A DNA stretch of 10,842 nt from a candidate division FCPU426 bacterium (GCA_963830915.1 CAWHOE010000041.1:1-10842); one strand, 5' to 3'; counted from the first letter of the stretch, positions 1-8,260 are shown. Notes: a model not told the origin generated them from the sequence alone. Translations and numbers: made by a program.

Positions 1-335
1 ATGATCCAGAGGAACCGGTCATTGGCTTCCTTATAGACGATGACATCGTCGATGACCCCGCCCTTTTGGTTCAGGAGGAAACCATATAGAGCGCTCCCGA
101 TGGCGACCCGGGAAAGGTCGTTGGTGAAGGCGTAATTGGAGAAACGGTAGGCCTGAGGACCCGATATCCTTAATCGCCCCATATGGGAGATATTGAATAG
201 GCCGGCGCCCGTACGGGTCGCCTCGTGCTCGAAGAGGATGCCCTTGTCGTAGGAAACGGGCATGCGCCAACCGTGGAAATCCACCAATTTGGCTCCGTGT
301 TTTTCATCCCATTCCAGACAGAAGGTGTCCCTCAT
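1..335 (-). CDS. gcvT: Glycine cleavage system aminomethyltransferase T, 5' portion; runs off the window start and is absent from the ORF track
   Basis: Manual translation from ATG at 335 (AAGGA SD upstream): MRDTFCLEWDEKHGAKLVDFHGWRMPVSYDKGILFEHEATRTGAGLFNISHMGRLRISGPQAYRFSNYAFTNDLSRVAIGSALYGFLLNQKGGVIDDVIVYKEANDRFLWI. Contains the GcvT motifs GAKxVDFxGWxMP, EHxAxR, LFxxSHMG, TND and GGVIDD. Confidence 0.95.
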   Translation of the reverse strand, partial: MRDTFCLEWDEKHGAKLVDFHGWRMPVSYDKGILFEHEATRTGAGLFNISHMGRLRISGPQAYRFSNYAFTNDLSRVAIGSALYGFLLNQKGGVIDDVIVYKEANDRFLWI

Positions 336-368
336 GATCGATCCTTTGAAATTATTTTTTGCGGCTCG

Positions 369-1094
369 TTAAATGTCCAACGTGTATTTCAGCAGGTACT
401 GTTCCAGCTTGTCCACATTGAGATAGCACTGGTGATAAGCGTCGGCTAAAAAGGCGAAATCCTTGTAAGGCATGGGCTTGTGCTCGATGAAATCCAGGAT
501 CTCGAAGAAAGTGGAGTTGTAGATGTGCTCGATGATCAGGATGACATCCGTGTCCATGTAATGCTCGTAGGTAAGTATCTTGTCCATCGTCCGGCGGATC
601 CGGCCCTTTTGATGCTCCAGATACTCGAACCAGTTGCCGAAACCCAGATAATCCAATCGGGTGGAGCGGTCGCCCGGGTTGATCTTCTTGAAAACGTTCA
701 GGAAATCCTCTTCTTTCAGGTTCTTGATGTCGCATTCGATCTTGGAGGCGAACATCAGGGAATAAAAGACGCCCCTGGTATCACTGACGATGGATTGGAT
801 ATAGGGAACCACGACCCGGTGGATGTTCTTGCGGTTCTTACGCTCGGGGAGATAAAGGGTCAAGGTATAAAAAACGAAGGAGGAGATATAGGACAGGGTG
901 CACCATAGGACGACCTCATTGCGGTTTTGGTTCCAGACATAAAGGCCAAAAGCCGCGCCAACAACACCACCAGGAACCAGCGCATTTTCCAGAAAATATA
1001 GAGCTCTCGAAAGACCTTTTGGATGAAGGACAATCCATACCTCGCTTGGTTCCTGAAAAGACCGACTCAGTTTAATGGCCCTTTTCCACTCCAT
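369..1094 (-). CDS. Hypothetical membrane protein, ~241 aa: two N-terminal hydrophobic segments and a soluble helical C-terminal domain
   Basis: Long ORF filling the gap between gcvT and prfC. ATG at 1094 (TTG at 1097 is an alternative). Hydrophobic stretches ALVPGGVVGAAFGLYVW and VVLWCTLSYISSFVFYTLTLYL, followed by basic PERKNRK. No family recognised. Confidence 0.75.
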   Translation of the reverse strand: MEWKRAIKLSRSFQEPSEVWIVLHPKGLSRALYFLENALVPGGVVGAAFGLYVWNQNRNEVVLWCTLSYISSFVFYTLTLYLPERKNRKNIHRVVVPYIQSIVSDTRGVFYSLMFASKIECDIKNLKEEDFLNVFKKINPGDRSTRLDYLGFGNWFEYLEHQKGRIRRTMDKILTYEHYMDTDVILIIEHIYNSTFFEILDFIEHKPMPYKDFAFLADAYHQCYLNVDKLEQYLLKYTLDI

Positions 1095-1109
1095 CAATAG
1101 TCATCCATG

Positions 1110-1146
1110 TTGAGGTGACATGGAAATTTGCTATCATGCGCGCCCT
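1110..1146 (+). promoter_or_regulatory. Putative sigma70 promoter for prfC with extended -10 and GC-rich discriminator
   Basis: TTGAGG (1110-1115), 16 nt, TATCAT (1132-1137) preceded by TGn, then GCGCGCCCT and ATG at 1147. Confidence 0.5.
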
Positions 1147-2749
<1,603 letters not shown>

Positions 2750-2757
2750 GGTCTGAA

Positions 2758-4977
2758 CTATAAAGCGAAAGACTTATCCCATTTCTTTCGATTACGGCTG
2801 AACCAAAGCAGGCCCGCCAGCCACAAGACCCCCCCCAGTTGGATCGGTAAAAGCCAGTCTGGCTGGAAACTGAATTGCACCAGATGCTTCCCTTTTGGCA
2901 CATAAACCGCCCGCAAGAGATAATCCGCGGTCACCACTGGGACGGAAACCCCGTCGACCCAAGCTTTCCACCCGGGATAATTGACCTCGGAAAAGACGAC
3001 CCAATTGTCCCGGCCCAATTCCACACGGAAGCTCTCCTCATCGGTTCCTTCTTTTTCCCACGAGTATTTAAGACCAGCCCCTGGAACCGCCGCTTTGATC
3101 GGTCCAGAGTCGGAAAAAAGGACCTGCTTGGCTGGGTCGAAATTTTTCTGGCGCATGGCCTCCAAAACCCGATCCTCCCCTGAATAGTTCAGGGAACTTT
3201 CGGGGGAGAAAAGATAAGGATGGTCTTCTTGACTGGTGTAAACACGCAAAGGTCCCCAATCCTGTCTTTCAAACCCAGTCACCTTCCCTTTTTCGTTACC
3301 CGTCACGAACCCCTTGACCGCCCATAAACGGGTGAAATGGTCGAAAGGGATGGTGTGAAGATTTCCCATCTTGGCCAGGTTGAATGGGTTGTACCCCCCA
3401 ACGTTACGGATATTCATGGCGATGGAAACTTCCGAGGGCAGTTCCAGGACCTGGGGCCCGGAAGAAGCCTGGACCGGATAAGGGATGTTGTCCCCGATGA
3501 AAACGCGGGAATGGTCCGACCATGCGGCCAATGGGGCCAGCTCTGGCCGATTCTTGGCGAAATCAAAATTGGAGGATGGCCCTAGCCGGGAAGATCCTGA
3601 TACCCAACCATTGGCGATAAGTGAAAGAGCTAGGAGAACGGGAAATACGGTCCCAACCCAGGTGTTCTTCCCGTGGCTGCCCCACACGAAATCAACCGCC
3701 GATATTAAAAGGAAAATGCCTGACGGCCAGGACAACCCGGAACCCCCGCCTATCCCAAACAATAGGAGGGTGAAAACTACTCCTGAAGCGATCGCCATGA
3801 CCCGATTCCGCTTCAAGCTCTCCAGATAATTTTCATAACCAATCCCAGCGGCCAAGGTGAAAAAAGCCGTGGTCAGGAATACCAGCCGGAAAGGCCCCCG
3901 AAGGATACTGAAACCCGGGACCCATTGGCAAATGAAAGGATAAAAGGGCAGGTGGTTCCCAAGTCCCGCGCAAATAAATAACAAGCCGAATAGGATCGTG
4001 AATACGGATAGCTCTCGTCTTTTCCCTTTCAGGGACCAGGCCAAAAAGAACGGAGCCCAGAGGCCGATGAAAAGACTGTTATTCAATCCATTCTCAACGC
4101 TCAAGAGCTGGAGTTGTCCCGCCTTTTCCAACGGCGCTGGGAATAACGCCTGCCAATACCTGGTCGGGTCCAAGGTCAATCCCGCGAATTGAAGGGCGAA
4201 ATTCCGGCCTTCCAACGCCCTGTCCGAAAGCCTGAGGAATTCCAAGGCAGGAATTCCCAATATCCAAAGGGGCAGGGTCCCGAACAATAGAATGAACAAT
4301 AGAAAAAGGGATTTTGGATAGGCTTCCCTTTTCCAAATCTTTATTCTCCAAGGGCTGCCCTCGCTCAAACAACGAACAAGGAAGTAGAGTCCCCCGCCGT
4401 AAAGAGCGCTGATCGACATCTGTGGATTCCCGGATAGAAAAAGCATAGCGTAAGCCAATCCTGTCCCCAGGGCATAGGTGGGTTTAGGCACCCTCGCCAG
4501 TTTTTCCAATCCTCCCAGGAACCAGGGCAGCCAGACGAAGGCCGCGAGAATGGGGGGATGGATGATCTCCCACCAGAAAAATCCGGAGAGAGCGAATGTC
4601 AGGGCTCCGACCCGTCTGGCGTTTTCCGAAAGCCCCAAGGCCCCCAACCAATGATCCGCTCCCCAAAGTCCCAGGAACAAGTGTATGAAAAAAAAGACCC
4701 CTAACCCATAGGCCAAAGGGAATAGGAGGGTTGGGTATAGGAGAGGATAGGATTCCATGGCGTTCGGGTCGGCGAAAAAAGGCTGGCCCGCCTGTAGATA
4801 GGGGTCCCAAAAAGGAATCTGTCCATGGAACAACCCCTTTTGGAGCAAGAACCGGTAAAAACCATATTGATTGATCAGGTCCCCGTCAAAAAAAGACCGC
4901 CCCAGGAACAAGCAGGGGAAAAAGGCGGCCAGCGAAACGAAAAGATAGAACCATAACTTGGCGTTTTTGGGGATCAT
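2758..4977 (-). CDS. YfhO-family polytopic membrane protein (putative GT-C glycosyltransferase), 739 aa
   Basis: N-terminal D..QY followed by PFWDPYLQAGQPFFADP...YP, many TM helices, LRGPFR motif, GYNP in the extracytoplasmic domain, and the typical C-terminal signature VFSEVNYPGWKAWVDG...ADYLLRAVYVPKGKHLVQFSFQP plus a final TM helix. Confidence 0.88.
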   Translation of the reverse strand: MIPKNAKLWFYLFVSLAAFFPCLFLGRSFFDGDLINQYGFYRFLLQKGLFHGQIPFWDPYLQAGQPFFADPNAMESYPLLYPTLLFPLAYGLGVFFFIHLFLGLWGADHWLGALGLSENARRVGALTFALSGFFWWEIIHPPILAAFVWLPWFLGGLEKLARVPKPTYALGTGLAYAMLFLSGNPQMSISALYGGGLYFLVRCLSEGSPWRIKIWKREAYPKSLFLLFILLFGTLPLWILGIPALEFLRLSDRALEGRNFALQFAGLTLDPTRYWQALFPAPLEKAGQLQLLSVENGLNNSLFIGLWAPFFLAWSLKGKRRELSVFTILFGLLFICAGLGNHLPFYPFICQWVPGFSILRGPFRLVFLTTAFFTLAAGIGYENYLESLKRNRVMAIASGVVFTLLLFGIGGGSGLSWPSGIFLLISAVDFVWGSHGKNTWVGTVFPVLLALSLIANGWVSGSSRLGPSSNFDFAKNRPELAPLAAWSDHSRVFIGDNIPYPVQASSGPQVLELPSEVSIAMNIRNVGGYNPFNLAKMGNLHTIPFDHFTRLWAVKGFVTGNEKGKVTGFERQDWGPLRVYTSQEDHPYLFSPESSLNYSGEDRVLEAMRQKNFDPAKQVLFSDSGPIKAAVPGAGLKYSWEKEGTDEESFRVELGRDNWVVFSEVNYPGWKAWVDGVSVPVVTADYLLRAVYVPKGKHLVQFSFQPDWLLPIQLGGVLWLAGLLWFSRNRKKWDKSFAL

Positions 4978-5064
4978 AGGATCGGCGGAATCCTTCGACG
5001 GATGATCGTTCCTGGGTCAGCGGCTATTTTTTAAATCTTATCATCCATTAACGAACTCCAACAA

Positions 5065-5092
5065 ACGATATCGTTCCTCCCCCGAACGTCAA
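5065..5092 (-). promoter_or_regulatory. Putative sigma70 promoter for the YfhO-like gene, embedded in palindromes
   Basis: Minus strand TTGACG (5092-5087), 16 nt, TATCGT (5070-5065). Confidence 0.4.
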
Positions 5093-5115
5093 GTTCGGAA
5101 GCGAGGATTCGTTGG

Positions 5116-5151
5116 AAAAAAAGGGATTTATCCCTATGGGCCGGGATAAAT
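5116..5151 (-). terminator. Putative intrinsic terminator downstream of the microprotein pair
   Basis: Perfect 9-bp inverted repeat ATTTATCCC (5126-5134) / GGGATAAAT (5143-5151) with an 8-nt loop. On the minus strand it is followed by CCC and a 7-T run; the plus side also has TATTTTT. Confidence 0.55.
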
Positions 5152-5206
5152 ATTTTTAGACTTTTGAGGATAGTTACCGCGTAGGACTGCTGTGGAAGGA
5201 CTTAAC

Positions 5207-5383
5207 TTACAGTTCGACGACGACCATTCGATCGGTTCTTTTACGGCTTTGGCTCTTCTCGCACCAGCAAGACAGGCAATGGCTGTTCTCTTTTTCATCG
5301 ACGAAAAAGAAATGGGATTCCCCGATCTTCTGGCATTCAACACAACGCGCCGTCGGTTTTTCGGCTATCAAAGTTTCCATCAT
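5207..5383 (-). CDS. Small putative zinc-binding protein A, 58 aa (CxxC-x18-CxxC)
   Basis: MMETLIAEKPTARCVECQKIGESHFFFVDEKENSHCLSCWCEKSQSRKRTDRMVVVEL. Strong SD GAGGAGG upstream; start overlaps the upstream stop (ATGA/TGATG); same Cys spacing as its neighbour. Confidence 0.75.
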   Translation of the reverse strand: MMETLIAEKPTARCVECQKIGESHFFFVDEKENSHCLSCWCEKSQSRKRTDRMVVVEL

Positions 5384-5562
5384 TGGCAAATTTCCTCCTC
5401 TACTTTCTCCACTTTTTTTCCGGCCTGATTGATCTCATTCAGGCATTTCCAGCAGTGGTAATGACCTTCTTCCTCAACGATCTCGGTGATCAGTTCCCCG
5501 ATGAACCGGCAACGGTCGCATTGGAACAACACGCTTTCTGAGAATTGGTCCAACTTCAACAT
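5380..5562 (-). CDS. Small putative zinc-binding protein B, 60 aa (CxxC-x18-CxxC)
   Basis: MLKLDQFSESVLFQCDRCRFIGELITEIVEEEGHYHCWKCLNEINQAGKKVEKVEEEICQ. ATG at 5562 has an AAGGGGG SD and is preferred over the TTG at 5634 in the ORF track. Confidence 0.75.
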   Translation of the reverse strand: MLKLDQFSESVLFQCDRCRFIGELITEIVEEEGHYHCWKCLNEINQAGKKVEKVEEEICQ

Positions 5563-5619
5563 AGTTTCCCCCTTGACGCCAATCTCTGCATCAAACTTTG
5601 GGTCGGTGTGGGAAAAATA

Positions 5620-5634
5620 TTGAGTTTGACTCAA
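5620..5634. promoter_or_regulatory. Palindrome TTGAGT-N3-ACTCAA, possible operator upstream of the microprotein pair
   Basis: Perfect 6-bp inverted repeat, 5620-5625 and 5629-5634, in an intergenic region. Confidence 0.35.
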
Positions 5635-5667
5635 GATGATTGTCGTTTGGGCTTGTTAAGGGAAGGT

Positions 5668-5693
5668 TACGCAAACTCGCTTGGGGTGTTACA
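5668..5693 (-). promoter_or_regulatory. Putative ECF-sigma promoter TGTAAC-N16-CGTA
   Basis: Minus strand TGTAAC (5693-5688), 16 nt, CGTA (5671-5668). Matches the AAC/CGT ECF architecture (B. subtilis sigmaW consensus TGAAAC-N16-CGTA). Confidence 0.45.
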
Positions 5694-5720
5694 AAGAAGA
5701 TAAGATCCGGACCAATCTGG

Positions 5721-6080
5721 CTATTTCTGCTGGGTATACCCGATCCAATAGGGGGGAGCCTCGAATGACTGGATGGGCTGACGGCTGGACAATTTCGTTC
5801 CCGGTGGGAAATAGTACCCCCATTCATTGGTGTAAACATTCTGGCGGTGGTAGAAACGGTACTTGGTCAGGTCTTCGTGGGTCAAATAAACGATCCGTCC
5901 CATGGTGTGATAGGGCTTGGTCTGGACGGAGGTATAGGTACTGACCGGTTCATAGGGCCATTTCCATTTGAAGTGGGTCGTGTGGCTTTCACTGGCCAGG
6001 ACGTGCAGGGGCGGATCGGCGTACACCCTGGTGACGACCAAAGCGAACACGATTAAGGATAAGCCGAACCAAGCTTTCAT
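5721..6080 (-). CDS. Hypothetical secreted protein, 119 aa, aromatic-rich
   Basis: ATG at 6080 with AAGGA SD, 14 nt after the lpdA stop. Sec-type signal peptide MKAWFGLSLIVFALVVTRVYA-DP. The track's extension to 6188 overlaps lpdA and is unlikely. Confidence 0.7.
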   Translation of the reverse strand: MKAWFGLSLIVFALVVTRVYADPPLHVLASESHTTHFKWKWPYEPVSTYTSVQTKPYHTMGRIVYLTHEDLTKYRFYHRQNVYTNEWGYYFPPGTKLSSRQPIQSFEAPPYWIGYTQQK

Positions 6081-6094
6081 CTTTGTTCCTTGTC

Positions 6095-7384
6095 TCAATG
6101 GGCCCCGAATATCTCGCTCAAGGTCGGATGAGGGTGAATGACTCTTTCCAACTGATCCATTGTAACTTTCCGGCTCACCAGGACGCAAGCCTCACCGATG
6201 AGGTCGGTGGCTTCCGGCCCCGCGAGATGAATGCCCAGTATTTCCCCGCTTTTAGCGTCGGTCAGCGTTTTACTCCAGCCTTGGATCTCGCCTAAAATCC
6301 GGGCCTTACTGTTGGCCGCGAAGTTATTCTTCCGGACTTTCACATCCAGGCCCTTGGCCTGGGCTTCCACCTCGGTCAATCCGACCGAGGCCATTTCCGG
6401 ACTGGTGAAGACCACATGCGGTACCTTGGTATCGTCCATTCTTTCCGGCCTCGATCCGATGGTTTGGTTGTGAGCCACGATCCTGGCGTGCTCATAAGCC
6501 GTATGGGCATAGGGGAATTTCCCCGTGAGGTCTCCGATGGCGATGACGCCTTGCGCTGAGGTCTGGAGATACTCATCGGTCATGATCTTCCCGCCTTGGG
6601 TCCTTAAACCCAGGCTCGGGATGCCGGCCTGGTCGATATTGGGCACTCGTCCCGCCGCCACCAGGATCAATTCCTCATCCCTCGCTTTTACCTCAGGCAC
6701 TCCCATCTCCATCTCGACCCCCAGTTTCTGGAGCGAATTCATGAGGACCTGCGCCAGTTCCTGGTCCATGGTCGGGATGATCTTAGGAAGGATATCCCCC
6801 ACCCGAACTTTCACTCCCAGTTGGGCGTATAGGCAGGCGAATTCCAGACCGATGACCCCGGCCCCGATGATGAGGATGGACTTGGGCAGGCGGGGCTGGC
6901 TCAAAAGCTCGTCGCTGGTGACAATATTCCCCCCGATCGGGAAGGATGGGAGATGTCGAGGACGGGAACCCACCGCCAAAATGAGCAAAGGCGCCTGGTA
7001 CTCTTCACCACCGCATTCCACTAGGTCGGGGTCCTTGACCGTCGCCGTTCCCTGGACCACTTCCACTTTAGCCGAGGCGAGACGGGAGACGATGCCCCTC
7101 TCCAGGATCGAAATTGTCTTTTGAGAGCGTTCCACCAGGGTTTGAAAATTGAAACTGACCCCTTGGGCCTCGATGCCCCAGGACTTTCCCTCTTTCACCA
7201 GGGCGTGGTAACGGGAAGCGGCGGATTGAAGGAGCTTGGTCGGGATACATCCCACATGCAGACAGGCGCCGCCGATCTTTTTTTTCTCGAAAAGTACGAC
7301 CGATTTACCCATTTCGGCCATCCGTAGCGCGGTGGTATAGCCACCCGGACCGCCTCCCACCACCAGGACATCGAAATTTTTCAT
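6095..7384 (-). CDS. lpdA: Dihydrolipoamide dehydrogenase (E3 / GCV L protein), 429 aa
   Basis: FAD motif VVGGGPGGY, redox disulfide GGACLHVGCIPTK, NAD motif IIGAGVIGLE, AIGD, FTSPEMASVG, C-terminal HPHPTLSE; GAGGA SD. Confidence 0.92.
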   Translation of the reverse strand: MKNFDVLVVGGGPGGYTTALRMAEMGKSVVLFEKKKIGGACLHVGCIPTKLLQSAASRYHALVKEGKSWGIEAQGVSFNFQTLVERSQKTISILERGIVSRLASAKVEVVQGTATVKDPDLVECGGEEYQAPLLILAVGSRPRHLPSFPIGGNIVTSDELLSQPRLPKSILIIGAGVIGLEFACLYAQLGVKVRVGDILPKIIPTMDQELAQVLMNSLQKLGVEMEMGVPEVKARDEELILVAAGRVPNIDQAGIPSLGLRTQGGKIMTDEYLQTSAQGVIAIGDLTGKFPYAHTAYEHARIVAHNQTIGSRPERMDDTKVPHVVFTSPEMASVGLTEVEAQAKGLDVKVRKNNFAANSKARILGEIQGWSKTLTDAKSGEILGIHLAGPEATDLIGEACVLVSRKVTMDQLERVIHPHPTLSEIFGAH

Positions 7385-7464
7385 CGGAACACATTCCTCA
7401 ATCGGGATTAAAAACCAATATCCTTGATTCGGCTTTTGAATTATTAAGACATCTTTTTGTTTTT

Positions 7465-7491
7465 CTTGGTGCCCTTGGTGCCTTGGTGGTT
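7465..7491. repeat. Short tandem repeat CTTGGTG x3 (minus strand AACCACCAAGGCACCAAGGGCACCAAG)
   Basis: CTTGGTG at 7465-7471, 7474-7480 and 7482-7488 in the AT-rich spacer between the lipoyl transferase and lpdA. Confidence 0.7.
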
Positions 7492-7537
7492 CAAAAGTCG
7501 TTTTAAGTTTATAGCTTCCGGGATGGAGGAAGGTACG

Positions 7538-8213
7538 TCAAGGCCTTTCAAATCGAGCGCCAGCCCTTTCGAACGAATCGATCAGGCCCTTTTCCAAACG
7601 CTCCCGCGTAATGAGGGACAAATCCTGGGGATCGTTCAAGCCGGTCATTCCCTCCAGGCTCGCTCCCGGGAACGCCTTTTTCCATTCCGGCGACACGCTG
7701 AGCAAGAGGACTCCCTGTTGAAGGAAAACCCCGCCCCTCCTGGCCTGGGCCCCGCCCGCCACCTTCTTGCCGTTCAAGGTCAGTTCCGCTTTGGAGGGCG
7801 CGGAGAAACAATGGACATCCCCCATGCTCGTATGTTTTTCCTCGACCATGCGGACATCCCGGCCCAATGTTTGGATCCCCCGGGCCAACAAGTGTCCGAT
7901 CCTGCAATAACTATCGATCAAGTCGCCGCCCGTCAATGGGTCTTGCTTGCTTGCCACCACCGCGTAGCAAAGGTCCTCCGGACCATGCAGGACCGCCCTG
8001 CCTCCCGTAGGACGGAATCTCATAGGGAAAGGAAAGACCTTCGAGCTTCAACCGTCTGGCTTCCAGCCTTCCCAGCGTTAGGGTAGGTCGGTCGAAAAAA
8101 AAGAAACGAAGGACAGGATTGTCGCCTTCCTGAAAGGATTCCAGGAGTTGCCGGTCATATTCCATTTGACCGTTAGAAGGTATGTGGGAAGAAGGGATCA
8201 ATCGCCATTTCAT
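7538..8213 (-). CDS. Lipoate-protein ligase / octanoyltransferase (LipM/LplA family), split by a +1 frameshift near 8015 (joins ORFs 7911..8213 and 7538..8023)
   Basis: N-terminal MKWRLI...QMEYD..LL...PVLRFFFFDRPTLTLG. Second frame RPTGGRAVLH..DLCYAVV, HCF, KKVAGGAQARR, LQQGVL. Junction TAT GAG ATT C CGT CCT ACG. About 224 aa with no LplA C-terminal domain, so LipM-like. Confidence 0.9.
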
Positions 8214-8228
8214 GGGACAACTATATCA
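8214..8228 (-). promoter_or_regulatory. Putative extended -10 promoter giving a leaderless lipoyl-transferase mRNA
   Basis: TGaTATAGT (8228-8220), 6 nt (TGTCCC), then ATG at 8213; no SD before the ATG. Confidence 0.5.
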
Positions 8229-8260
8229 AAAGTTTCGGCTTTCTTCTTCGCCGCCGAGGA

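Noticed and set aside
336..368. Glycine riboswitch upstream of gcvT
   Set aside because: Only 33 nt of intergenic space and no aptamer motifs.
31..908. Track ORFs 31..270, 225..449, 352..735 and 480..908
   Set aside because: Alternative-frame or antisense shadows of gcvT and the 2-TM gene, with no recognisable motifs.
5640..5700. c-di-GMP-I riboswitch suggested by GCAAAC...CAAAG
   Set aside because: No GNRA-capped stem or GGGACGCAAAG core, and it is on the wrong strand for the downstream genes.
5134..5944. Track ORFs 5134..5343, 5192..5428, 5591..5839 and 5681..5944
   Set aside because: They overlap better-supported ORFs that have SDs, coupling and shared motifs.
7465..7491. CRISPR array
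   Set aside because: 7-nt units with 1-2 nt gaps, no spacers and no cas genes.
6525..8086. Long plus-strand ORFs 6525..7124 (199 aa) and 7457..8086 (209 aa)
   Set aside because: Antisense to lpdA and the lipoyl transferase, with no motifs or RBS.
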